DNA from: an uncultured Alistipes sp.
GTDB taxonomy: Bacteria; Bacteroidota; Bacteroidia; Bacteroidales; Rikenellaceae
Reading direction: 5' to 3'
NCBI GenBank assembly: GCA_900552955.1
Contig: USBO01000001.1
Coordinates: 1 to 46,567 of the forward strand
DNA length: 46,567 nucleotides
In this document: in pieces, positions 10,425 to 19,555 of the stretch
How the letters are laid out: the number at the start of each line of letters is the position of its first letter
How positions within the stretch are numbered: the stretch's first letter is position 1
Made by a program: the position numbers and the translations under genes
Notes under the pieces: model-generated
Databases searched by the model: none
What the model was told of the DNA's origin: nothing
What the model saw: only the letters and a program-made list of their open reading frames with translations

Positions 10425-13103
10425 CTATCGCAGCTGCGACCGGAACTCGTAACGGCCCGACCCGAGGCGCACGAGCGTATAGCCGTCGCTCCACCCCGCA
10501 GGCTCCAGATCGCTGCGGCCCGCGAGCGCACGGCCCGACTCGGTCACCGCAGCGGCCGATACGGAGGGGACGCAGACCTCGGCCGTGGTGTTGGCCGGAA
10601 TCTCGACCGTGAGCGTCAGCGCATCGCCGTCGAGCGTCCAGCCGCTCGCGGCGCGGCCGTAGGGGGTCTGCCGCTCGGCCTTCATCGAGGTGAAGTGGCC
10701 GTTGAGATGGGGCTTGATCCGAATCCTGCGGAAGCCCGGGGCGGCCTCCTGCAAACCGGCCGCCCAACGGTAGAGCCAGTCGCCGATGGCGCCGTAGGCG
10801 TAGTGGTTGAACGACACCATGCTGTTCGAGTTGACCATGCCGTTGGGCAGCATGCTGTTCCAACGCTCCCAGATGGTCGTCGCACCCATCGAGATGGGAT
10901 AGAGCCACGACGGAATCTTCTTGTTGAGCAGCAGCTTGTAGGCGACGTCCTCGTGGCCGAAGCGGGTCAGCACCTCGCAGATGTAGGGCGTGCCCAGAAA
11001 GCCGGTGGTGATGTGACCGTAGCGGTGCACGTTGTCGACCAGCCGCTGCGCGGCGCCGGCACGCTGCGCCTCGGGCAGCAGGTCGAACATCAGCGCCAGC
11101 GTGTAGGCCGTCTGCGTATCCGAGACGAGCATCCCGTTAGGCGTCACGTATTCGTTGCGGAAAGCCTCGACCGCCCGCCGGTGCAGCGCCTCGTAGTTCG
11201 CCGCATCCTCCGTGCAGCCCAGCAGCCGCGCCGTGCGCACCACCAGATCGAGCGAATGGGCGTAGAAGCATTGCTGGATGAAGGGCCGGATCGTCACCGC
11301 CGAACGGCCGTCGAGGTCGTCGGCATAGCTGAAGAAGACCCAATCGCCGTAGCTGTGGCCCTTGGTCCAGAGATCGCCTTCGGTCTGCGAGGTGATGTAA
11401 TCCACCCACTTCTTCATACTGAGGTACTGACGTTCGAGCATGCGCCGGTCGCCGTAGGCCATGTAGTGCTGCCACGGAACGATCGTGGCCACGTCGCCCC
11501 AGCCGGCCGAGATGCGGCTGCGGTGCGTCACGGGATAGACGCCGTTGACCGCGCCGTCGGGATACTGCTCGGCGGCAACGTCGGCCATCCACTTGTTGAA
11601 GAAGGTCTGCACGTCGCGGTTGAAGGTCGCCGTGCGGAAGAAGACCTGCGCATCGCCCGTCCAGCCCAGCCGCTCGTCGCGCTGCGGGCAGTCGGTCGGG
11701 ATGTCGACGAAATTGTCGAGCATGCCCCACCGGATGTTCGACTGTAGGCGGTTGATGAGCGTATCGGAGCAGACGAACGTACCGTTCTCGGGCGTGGCGG
11801 AGCTGATCGCCTCAGCCGTGAAATCTTCGGGGTTCAGTTCGCCGTCGATGCCCTCGACCCGGATGTACCGGAACCCGTAGAAGGCGAAATGCGGCGCGAG
11901 CCACTCCTCGCCCTCGCCCGAGAGGATGTAGGTGCTCAGCGCCTTGGCCTTGCGCAGGTTGCGGGTGAAGAATTCGCCCTTCTCGAGGATCTCGGAGTGG
12001 TAGATGCGCACCGTATCGCCGCGCCGGCCGCGCAGCCGGACGCGCTCGCGGCCCGAGATGTTCTGACCGAAGTCGATCACGCGGGCGCCCGAAGGCGTGG
12101 TGAAAATTTTCACGGGTTTGAAGGTCTCGATCACCCGCACGGCCGGACTGACGCTGGCCGTGAGGTTGTCGAGCGGCGTGTCGGCCACGCGCACCGCAGC
12201 CCACGACGCATCGTCGAACGACGCGGTGTCCCACCCCTTCTGCCGGCGGTTGAGGTCGATCGTCTCGCCGTCGTAGAGGTTGCCATAGCTCACCTCGCCC
12301 GTCGAGACGCGCCACGCATCGTCCGAAGCGATCACCTCGCGCGTACCGTCCTTGTAACGCACCACGAGCTGCGCCAGCAGGCCGTAGTCGTCGCCGTAGT
12401 TGAATTCGCGGCTCCACGGCAGCTTGGACAGCCACCACCCCTTGGCCACGGCCACGCCGATCGCATTGTCGCCGCGCACGAGCAGCGGCGTGACGTCATA
12501 GGCCTGGTACTGCAACCGCGTCCTGTAGGCCGTCCAGCCCGGTGTCAGCAGGTCGTCGCTCACGCGCCGGCCGTTGACGCTGGCCTCGTAGATGCCGTGG
12601 GCGGTGAGGTAGACGGTGGCCTCGGCGACGGGTTTCGTCACACGGAACGTACGGCGGAACAGCGCGGCGCGGTCGTCGCTCGCAGCGGGTTCGATCCACC
12701 GCGCCTGCCACTCCCCGCGGTCGAAGAGCCCCGTGCGCCAGTAGGCCGGACGGCTCCACGCCGAGGCCTTGCCGCGGTCGTCCCACACGCGCACCTGCCA
12801 CATGTAGCGGGTGTCCGACATCAGCGGCGCGCCGTCGTAGAGGACGCCCGCCGACTCGTCCGACGCCACCTTGCCCGTCTGCCAGACGGCCCGGCCGTCG
12901 GCTTTGACACGAATCTCGTAGGCGCTCTGCTTCACGCCGCGGCGCGACGGATCGCTCACCGTCCAGCTCAGCAGCGGACGGCGCTCGCCGATCCCCACGG
13001 GATCGGTCAGATGTTCGGTGCGGAGCTGCGACACGGCCGGTTGCGCCGAAGCGCACCACACCGTGATCCACACCGCCGAAAACAGGAGGAGGAATCTTTT
13101 CAT
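10425..13103 (-). CDS. Alpha-L-rhamnosidase, glycoside hydrolase family 78, secreted
   Basis: Signal peptide MKRFLLLFSAVW; catalytic region IPTDCPQRDERLGWTGD, GATTIWERWN, SFNHYAYG; DFGQN and YGFRY motifs. Start ATG 13103 within ORF 10425..14009. Confidence 0.92.
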   Translation of the reverse strand: MKRFLLLFSAVWITVWCASAQPAVSQLRTEHLTDPVGIGERRPLLSWTVSDPSRRGVKQSAYEIRVKADGRAVWQTGKVASDESAGVLYDGAPLMSDTRYMWQVRVWDDRGKASAWSRPAYWRTGLFDRGEWQARWIEPAASDDRAALFRRTFRVTKPVAEATVYLTAHGIYEASVNGRRVSDDLLTPGWTAYRTRLQYQAYDVTPLLVRGDNAIGVAVAKGWWLSKLPWSREFNYGDDYGLLAQLVVRYKDGTREVIASDDAWRVSTGEVSYGNLYDGETIDLNRRQKGWDTASFDDASWAAVRVADTPLDNLTASVSPAVRVIETFKPVKIFTTPSGARVIDFGQNISGRERVRLRGRRGDTVRIYHSEILEKGEFFTRNLRKAKALSTYILSGEGEEWLAPHFAFYGFRYIRVEGIDGELNPEDFTAEAISSATPENGTFVCSDTLINRLQSNIRWGMLDNFVDIPTDCPQRDERLGWTGDAQVFFRTATFNRDVQTFFNKWMADVAAEQYPDGAVNGVYPVTHRSRISAGWGDVATIVPWQHYMAYGDRRMLERQYLSMKKWVDYITSQTEGDLWTKGHSYGDWVFFSYADDLDGRSAVTIRPFIQQCFYAHSLDLVVRTARLLGCTEDAANYEALHRRAVEAFRNEYVTPNGMLVSDTQTAYTLALMFDLLPEAQRAGAAQRLVDNVHRYGHITTGFLGTPYICEVLTRFGHEDVAYKLLLNKKIPSWLYPISMGATTIWERWNSMLPNGMVNSNSMVSFNHYAYGAIGDWLYRWAAGLQEAAPGFRRIRIKPHLNGHFTSMKAERQTPYGRAASGWTLDGDALTLTVEIPANTTAEVCVPSVSAAAVTESGRALAGRSDLEPAGWSDGYTLVRLGSGRYEFRSQLR

Positions 13104-13275
13104 GGTCGATAGTTTTAACGTATGCAATCGCATATTCGGTTCGAAACGCAAGTTACCCATTTTCCGCCGTGCGCGAAATATACAATCTGACATTTCGATA
13201 ACGAATTTTGACACACCGGCGACGTTTCGGGCCACCCGCACCCTGCGCCCGCCGCGGACGAACGCCACCGAACGA

Positions 13276-13316
13276 AAAAGGAGCGGCCCGAACGATTGGT
13301 TCGGGCCGCTCTCTTT
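13276..13316 (-). terminator. Intrinsic terminator of rpsA
   Basis: 13-bp stem GAGCGGCCCGAAC / GTTCGGGCCGCTC (13281-13311) with flanking A and T tracts. Confidence 0.85.
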
Positions 13317-13330
13317 CGCAACGGGGAGGA

Positions 13331-15133
13331 CTATTTCTCCTCGCCCTCCTTGGCAGCCATCGCAGCCTTGAGCTCGGCCAGACCGGCGATGTCGCCCAGC
13401 GTGGTCTTCTCGACCGACGCATTGATCTTCTTCACGGCAGCCTTGCCGGCATCGGCGGCAGCCTTCTTCTCGGCCTTCTCGGCGGCGCACTCGGCACGCT
13501 TCGCATCCTCGAACGTGCGGCTGTGCGACAGCGTGATGCGCTTGGTGGCCTTCGAGAACTCGAGCACCTTGAAGGGCAGCTTCTCGCCCGCCTTGGCCGT
13601 CGTGCCGTCCTCCTTGACCAGATGCTTCATCGGGCAGAAGCCCTCGATCGACTCGGTGAGCGATACGATCGCACCCTTGTCGACGAGCTCGGTGACCGTT
13701 CCCTCGTGGATCGAGTCGATCGAGAACTGACCCTCGAACTCGTTCCAGGGATTCTCCTCGAGCTGCTTGTGACCCAGCGACAGACGGCGGTTGTCCTTGT
13801 CGATTTCGAGCACCACGACCTCCAGATCGGCACCGATCTGCGTGAATTCGCCCGGGTGCTTCACCTTCTTGGTCCACGACAGGTCGGAGATGTGCACCAG
13901 ACCGTCGATACCCTCCTCGATCTCGACGAAGACACCGAAGTTGGTGAAGTTGCGCACCTTGGCCACGCACTTCGTGCCCACGGGATATTTCTGCTCGATA
14001 GCGGCCCACGGATCAGCGGAGAGTTGCTTGATGCCCAGCGACATCTTGCGCTCCGAACGGTCGAGCGTCAGGATGACGGCCTCGACCTCGTCGCCGACCT
14101 TCATGAACTCCTGCGCCGAACGCAGGTGCTGGCTCCACGACATCTCCGACACGTGGATCAGACCCTCGACGCCGGCTGCGATCTCGACGAACGCACCGTA
14201 ATCGGCCATGACGACCACTTTGCCCTTAACCTTGTCGCCGACCTTGAGCTCGGGATCGAGCGCCTCCCACGGATGCGGGGTGAGCTGCTTGAGACCCAGA
14301 GCGATGCGCTTCTTGGCCTCGTCGAAGTCGAGGATCACGACATTGAGTTTCTGATCGAGCTGCACGACCTCTTCGGGGTGGCTCACGCGGCCCCACGACA
14401 GGTCGGTGATATGGATCAGACCGTCCACGCCGCCCAGGTCGATGAACACGCCGTACGAGGTGATGTTCTTGACGGTTCCTTCGAGGATCTGACCCTTCTC
14501 GAGCTTCGACATGATGATCTGCTTCTGCGCCTCGAGTTCGGCCTCGATGAGCGCCTTGTGCGAAACGACCACGTTGCGGAACTCCTGGTTGATCTTCACC
14601 ACCTTGAACTCCATGGTCTTGTCGACATATACGTCGTAGTCGCGGATGGGCTTCACGTCGATCTGCGAACCGGGCAGGAACGCCTCGATGCCGAACACGT
14701 CGACGATCATACCGCCCTTCGTGCGGCACTTGATGTAACCCTTGATGATCTCGTCGTTGGCCAGCGCCTCGTTGACGCGATCCCACGACTTGAGCTGACG
14801 CGCCTTCTTGTGCGAAAGCGACAGCTGACCGTTCTTGTCCTCGGCCGACTCCACATAGACCTCGACCTTCTCGCCGACGGCCAGTTCGGGGTTGTAGCGG
14901 AACTCGGAAACGGGGATGACGCCCTCGCTCTTGTAGCCGATGTTGACGACGACCTCGCGCTTGCCGATGCTCATGACCGTGCCCTCGACCACCTCGCCGA
15001 CGGCGACGTTCGACAGCGTCTTGTCGTAAGCGGCTGCGATCTCCTCCTTAGGCTGGGAATAGACGTCCAGATCGTTCTCGAACGCGTTCCAGTCGAAGTT
15101 CTCGTTCGTCACTACAGTTTTGTTCTCTTCCAT
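13331..15133 (-). CDS. rpsA: 30S ribosomal protein S1
   Basis: Six S1 repeats (G.V.....YG.FV....G..GL.H.S..SW); Bacteroidota N-terminus ENFDWNAFE; C-terminal TTLGDI. Confidence 0.97.
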   Translation of the reverse strand: MEENKTVVTNENFDWNAFENDLDVYSQPKEEIAAAYDKTLSNVAVGEVVEGTVMSIGKREVVVNIGYKSEGVIPVSEFRYNPELAVGEKVEVYVESAEDKNGQLSLSHKKARQLKSWDRVNEALANDEIIKGYIKCRTKGGMIVDVFGIEAFLPGSQIDVKPIRDYDVYVDKTMEFKVVKINQEFRNVVVSHKALIEAELEAQKQIIMSKLEKGQILEGTVKNITSYGVFIDLGGVDGLIHITDLSWGRVSHPEEVVQLDQKLNVVILDFDEAKKRIALGLKQLTPHPWEALDPELKVGDKVKGKVVVMADYGAFVEIAAGVEGLIHVSEMSWSQHLRSAQEFMKVGDEVEAVILTLDRSERKMSLGIKQLSADPWAAIEQKYPVGTKCVAKVRNFTNFGVFVEIEEGIDGLVHISDLSWTKKVKHPGEFTQIGADLEVVVLEIDKDNRRLSLGHKQLEENPWNEFEGQFSIDSIHEGTVTELVDKGAIVSLTESIEGFCPMKHLVKEDGTTAKAGEKLPFKVLEFSKATKRITLSHSRTFEDAKRAECAAEKAEKKAAADAGKAAVKKINASVEKTTLGDIAGLAELKAAMAAKEGEEK

Positions 15134-15205
15134 AACGGAATGTTTTGCGATACTATCGCTCGTTAAAAGTTAAAAATCGGGTTGCACCCGCACGCGGCGG
15201 GCGTG

Positions 15206-15213
15206 CAAAGGTA
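15206..15213 (-). promoter_or_regulatory. -7 promoter box (TACCTTTG) for rpsA
   Basis: Exact TAnnTTTG on the minus strand about 72 nt upstream of the ATG. Confidence 0.7.
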
Positions 15214-15277
15214 AGAATTATTCCGCGGATTTCACAGCGGCGGCCGCTTTATTTTTCGCAGCCGCGCCAACCGCCGT

Positions 15278-16678
15278 TCACTCGATGCGCTGGCGGGGTT
15301 CGTTGTCGGGCGCGAAGGGCGACCGCGCACGCAGATAGGCATCCAGGATGTCGGTCACCAGCCGCTCCGTGGGACGGCCGTCGGTGCAGTTCAGATCGGC
15401 ATAGGTTCTGAAGATGTAGTCGCCCATCGCCACGCGGTACTTCCGGCCGGCCTCCAGCTCGGGGAACACGACCGACTGCGCCTCGAACCGGTCGTCGGTG
15501 CGGATCGTGTAGGGCGTCGTCATGTAGATGTCGACGCGGTGCGATTCGTCGAGGTTGACCGTGTCGTTGAATTTGGTCTTCACCAGCCGCGCCAGATCGT
15601 CGGCCGTCATCTCGGCCGTCACCAGCTTCGACCCGAAGGGATCGAGATTGAAGATGTCGGCCGTCGCCACGCCGCCCGCCAGCGAGTCGAGCCGCACGCC
15701 GCCGATGTGGTAGATGCCGATGTCGGCGCCGCCCGCGTCGCGCATCGCCTCGGTGTAGAGATTGGCCAGTCCGGTCTTGTCGAACCTGCCGCGCAGATCG
15801 GCCACCTTAGCGCGCAGCGCGGGGTCGCTGTAATAACCGTCAACCATTCGCTGATAGGCGGGCGCAGGCGGGTAATCGTCGAGCGACACCAGCCGGAAGA
15901 TCTTCTCCACCAGCTCGTCGCCGCGGAAACGGAGCACCGTGACGCCCACGTTCGCCAGGTTCTTGCCCGTCTGCGTGAGCAGCACGCCGCCGACCGTCTC
16001 ATTCGTGCGGTCGTGGCTGTGGCCGCCCACGATCACGTCGTAGCGCGGCGCCTTCCCGGCCAGCGCGCGATCCTTGAGCGTTCCGATATGGGTCAGCGCC
16101 ACCAGCGCGTCGCACTCGTCGCGCAACCACTGGTATCCGGCCGCGGCATCCACGGCGTCCGTGAAGGTCAGCCCTGCGAAATTGGCGTCGTGACCCGCCG
16201 GATGGTTGTTGCGGTCGTAATTGGTCACCGTGCCCACGAACCCGATCCTGCGGCCGCCGCGCTCGACGACGACGTAGGGCGCCGGCTGGGGGAAGGTCGC
16301 CGTGTCGCTGCGGATGTTGGCTCCGACGACCGGAAAGCGGCTCTGCGCCACGCGCATCCCCAGAAAGGCCTGTCCGGCGTCGAACTCGTGGTTGCCGAAG
16401 GTCGCCGCGTCGTAGCCCAGTTTGTTCATCAGGTCGATGATCGGCTTGCGCGGCTCGGCGGCACGGTCGCAGTAGACGTTGCCCGTCCAGCGGTCGCCCG
16501 CATCGACCAGAATCACGTTCTTCACCGTGTCGCGGCACTCCGCGACAGCCTCGGCCAACTGCGGGAACCGCTCGATGTGGGCATGCATGTCGTTGGTCGA
16601 CAGAATGACGACCGTTTCGGTACGCGGCGTGCAGGCTGCCAGCACGAGCAGCAACAGGCCGGAAAGCGTTTTTTTCAT
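15278..16678 (-). CDS. Bifunctional metallophosphatase / 5'-nucleotidase (UshA-like) lipoprotein
   Basis: Lipobox LAAC; STNDMH, DAGD, FGNHEFD, TH.G, GGHSH metallophosphoesterase motifs; C-terminal GGVR...PFGS 5'-nucleotidase domain. Confidence 0.88.
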   Translation of the reverse strand: MKKTLSGLLLLVLAACTPRTETVVILSTNDMHAHIERFPQLAEAVAECRDTVKNVILVDAGDRWTGNVYCDRAAEPRKPIIDLMNKLGYDAATFGNHEFDAGQAFLGMRVAQSRFPVVGANIRSDTATFPQPAPYVVVERGGRRIGFVGTVTNYDRNNHPAGHDANFAGLTFTDAVDAAAGYQWLRDECDALVALTHIGTLKDRALAGKAPRYDVIVGGHSHDRTNETVGGVLLTQTGKNLANVGVTVLRFRGDELVEKIFRLVSLDDYPPAPAYQRMVDGYYSDPALRAKVADLRGRFDKTGLANLYTEAMRDAGGADIGIYHIGGVRLDSLAGGVATADIFNLDPFGSKLVTAEMTADDLARLVKTKFNDTVNLDESHRVDIYMTTPYTIRTDDRFEAQSVVFPELEAGRKYRVAMGDYIFRTYADLNCTDGRPTERLVTDILDAYLRARSPFAPDNEPRQRIE

Positions 16679-16720
16679 TCTATTATATGACTTTCGATTC
16701 GGTTGCGACTATAGGACACA

Positions 16721-16728
16721 CAAAGATA
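16721..16728 (-). promoter_or_regulatory. -7 promoter box (TATCTTTG) for the 5'-nucleotidase gene
   Basis: Exact TAnnTTTG on the minus strand about 42 nt upstream of the ATG. Confidence 0.65.
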
Positions 16729-16910
16729 GAGACTCTGCGCCGAACCGCCAAATTTCCGCACGGGTTTCCGGTTCCGCAAGCCATCCGCGAAGGGCTGCGC
16801 CGACGACTCCGCACGATCCGGCGGAAACGGTCCCGAACGAGCAGGAGGATTTTCTGCGGATCGGGATCGTTTTTTTCGGCGTCGCTGGCGGAACACGATG
16901 ATTTTTTCGC

Positions 16911-16918
16911 TATATTTG
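16911..16918 (+). promoter_or_regulatory. -7 promoter box (TATATTTG) for the 799-aa lipoprotein gene
   Basis: Exact TAnnTTTG about 180 nt upstream of ATG 17097. Confidence 0.55.
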
Positions 16919-17096
16919 TCGGGAATTCTCCATGTTTTAGGTTAAAGAGATTTTATCCTGCACTCCGCAAAGATGAAGTTCCGGCCCCGTTTCCATTGCC
17001 GAGCTTCCGGTCCGTATCCTTACGGAAGGCACGATTCGCTTTGTCATTACAAATCATGCGGCATCCGGCGGACGGACGCCGGAAACAATCTCTTCT

Positions 17097-19496
17097 ATGA
17101 AGAAAATCTTTACCCTCTTCGCCGCCACCGCACTCCTGTGGGGGGGGGCGTGCAGCGATGACAACACCCCCGACGAACCGCTGCCGGAGCCCTCGGTGAC
17201 CCTTACCGAAGGCGTCGTCACCGACACCGAGGCGACCTTCACCATCCTGCCCGACGACGCCGAGCAGTGCGCCTACCTCTGCATGAAAACGTCGGCCGCC
17301 GCAGCTTCCGAAGCGGTCACGGCCGAACGGATTCTCAAGGAGGGCGAGCCCGTGGCCGTGGGCAAGGCGCGCACGATCACCCTCCACGACCTCGAACCCG
17401 AGCAGACCTACACGGTCTACGCCGCGGCGCTCAACGGCAGCGTCTACAGCGAGGTGGCCCGACTGGATTTCACGACCGGAGCCACGCCCGAACCTCCCTA
17501 CGAGACGACCATCGCAGCCACCTCCGGTCTGGGCGAATACTTCAAGTCGATCTACGACGACAAGACCGGCAACTACCAGATCAAGATCACTAACATCGTC
17601 TACGACGACTACGGCTATGCCGACAGCGCCGGCCACGCCTTCACGCTGGATCTCTATGCACCCAAAGCCGAAAACGCCATGCAGGCCCGCATCCCCACCG
17701 GCACCTACCATTTCGACGCCGACGACACCGGCGCGCAGTTCTCGGTGGGACGCGGCTACAGCAAGATCGAGCAGACCGACGAGCAGGGGTATCCCAAAGG
17801 CGCCGCCATGCAGATCACGGCGGCCGAAGTACGCGTCAAGACCGTCGACGAGGGCTACGACATCGCGGCCTACGTCACCGACAAGGAGGGACATACCTAT
17901 AAGGTCACCTACCGTGGCGACATGGTGCTGGCCAACAAGACCCAAGCCATCGGCAGCGACCAGCGGATCGACGGGCTCAAGCTCTACTACGCCCGCTACT
18001 ACGGTCAGGCCGACCACAACGGCATCGGCAACTACTACGTCTCGTTGGGCACCGTCGACGTCGACGAATACAACTCGGCGACGGGCAACGGCTGGATGAT
18101 CCGGCTCGACTTCTGGGGCGCGGTCTCGGCCGACGACGACAAGGCCGTGCTGAACGACGGCACCTACCGTCTGACCCCGACGGGCGCTCACGAGAGCGGC
18201 TCGCTCAGCCCCGACGCCACCGACGTGGCCTACTACTTCCTCACGGGCAAATCCCCCGTGCGTACCGAATACGCCTGCTCCGAAGGGACGGTCACCGTGA
18301 CGCGCACGGGCGAGAGCTACCGCCTCGACGGCGACATCGAGATGGAGGACGGCTCGCACGTACGCTTCAGCTACGAAGGCCCGCTCGCGTTCGAGAACCG
18401 CGCCGAGAAACTCATCGGCGACGTCGACGTGCAGTTCACCACGGCCACCTGCACCTACCAGGGCGACCAGGCCAAGCAGGGTTGCGACACCTACCAGTTG
18501 CGTCTGGCCGTCGACGAGAAGGAGAGCATCTTCGTCAACATCGACCTGCGCACCGCGGTGGCCGCCAGCGTCCTCGACCCCGTGATCCCCGACGGCGACT
18601 ACACCGCGGCGGCGGACGGCGCACAGACGCCCGGCACGTTCGTCCCGGGCTATCTCTTCAGCGGCTATCTCGCCGGCACGAACATCGGCAAGAAGGACAA
18701 GTGGGGCAGCATCGAAACCTACGGGCTCCTCTCGGGCGGCACGATCCGCTTCGCCCACGCCGCAGGCCGATACACCATCACCATCGACGCCGTCACCACG
18801 GACAACTTCCGCATCAAGGGCACCTACGAAGGCGAGCTGCCCCTCGACAACAAGGTCGTCGGGCCCGCCATCGGCGACGTCGACTTCGCGGCCGGCTACG
18901 CGCCCTTCGCCTACTACTATGGCAAGCGCACCGAGAATTCGAACGAATACTATTACTACCTGCTCACCTTCAGCGACATCGAAATGAAGGGCTCCTACAA
19001 CGGCATCTATCCTGCCAAGACCGAGGCCGGCCACAGCGCCGTGCTCTACGTCTATGCCGGAACGGCACCCGCAGCCGACGGCCGCGTACCGGCGGGCAGC
19101 TACGCGCTGAGCGACGTCAAGAGCGGCTTAACATGGGACAAAGCCCTCTCCGAAGGCCGCTCCTACGACGCACAGGGCAACCGCTCGACGGTGTTCTTCG
19201 GCAGCGGCACGCTCGACGTGGCGCACGATGCGGCCGGAGGCTGCACGATCGCCTTCGATGCCAGGACGCTGCGCGGTGAGCCGTTCCGCTTCACCTACTC
19301 GGGCAAGATTCCGATGGAGGGGCTCTCCAACCTGACCAAAGCGGCACCCACCTCGTCGATGCTCGGCGGCACGCTGCCGCAGCGCGACGCAGTGGCCCCG
19401 CGGCGCGACATCCTGGCCGAAAAGGCGGCGACGATCGTTCGCCTGCCCGCCACGGCACCCGCAATGCGGCTCCGCAAGGAGATCGCATCGAAGTGA
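17097..19496 (+). CDS. Uncharacterised surface lipoprotein: FN3-like domain followed by four tandem beta-rich repeats
   Basis: Lipobox GGAC followed by acidic export signal SDDN; FN3 signature LHDLEPEQTYTVYA; four repeats containing (I/L/V)P.G.Y and ending Y.G.(L/M/I). Confidence 0.8.
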   Translation: MKKIFTLFAATALLWGGACSDDNTPDEPLPEPSVTLTEGVVTDTEATFTILPDDAEQCAYLCMKTSAAAASEAVTAERILKEGEPVAVGKARTITLHDLEPEQTYTVYAAALNGSVYSEVARLDFTTGATPEPPYETTIAATSGLGEYFKSIYDDKTGNYQIKITNIVYDDYGYADSAGHAFTLDLYAPKAENAMQARIPTGTYHFDADDTGAQFSVGRGYSKIEQTDEQGYPKGAAMQITAAEVRVKTVDEGYDIAAYVTDKEGHTYKVTYRGDMVLANKTQAIGSDQRIDGLKLYYARYYGQADHNGIGNYYVSLGTVDVDEYNSATGNGWMIRLDFWGAVSADDDKAVLNDGTYRLTPTGAHESGSLSPDATDVAYYFLTGKSPVRTEYACSEGTVTVTRTGESYRLDGDIEMEDGSHVRFSYEGPLAFENRAEKLIGDVDVQFTTATCTYQGDQAKQGCDTYQLRLAVDEKESIFVNIDLRTAVAASVLDPVIPDGDYTAAADGAQTPGTFVPGYLFSGYLAGTNIGKKDKWGSIETYGLLSGGTIRFAHAAGRYTITIDAVTTDNFRIKGTYEGELPLDNKVVGPAIGDVDFAAGYAPFAYYYGKRTENSNEYYYYLLTFSDIEMKGSYNGIYPAKTEAGHSAVLYVYAGTAPAADGRVPAGSYALSDVKSGLTWDKALSEGRSYDAQGNRSTVFFGSGTLDVAHDAAGGCTIAFDARTLRGEPFRFTYSGKIPMEGLSNLTKAAPTSSMLGGTLPQRDAVAPRRDILAEKAATIVRLPATAPAMRLRKEIASK

Positions 19497-19516
19497 CCGT
19501 CCCCGACCCCACGACG

Positions 19517-19550
19517 ACAGGAGGCTTCCCCGCAGGAAGCCTCCTGTTTT
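19517..19550 (+). terminator. Intrinsic terminator of the lipoprotein gene
   Basis: ACAGGAGGCTTCC-ccgca-GGAAGCCTCCTGT followed by TTT. Confidence 0.85.
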
Positions 19551-19555
19551 ATCGC

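Noticed and set aside
13104..14009. Apparent 300-aa N-terminal extension of the GH78 ORF overlapping rpsA
   Set aside because: It crosses the rpsA terminator and overlaps rpsA out of frame; a clear signal peptide begins at ATG 13103.
16920..17096. Cobalamin or TPP riboswitch upstream of the lipoprotein
   Set aside because: No B12-box or GGGAA...GCCACTG core, and no CTGAGA TPP core, is visible; kept only as an unexplained long leader.
17140..17148. G9 homopolymer in the lipoprotein signal peptide (and G8 near 45579-45586 in the regulator) as contingency loci
   Set aside because: Both ORFs are in frame and the runs encode Trp-Gly-Gly or Gly-Gly-Gly in a GC-rich genome. Slippage cannot be supported without read-level length variation.
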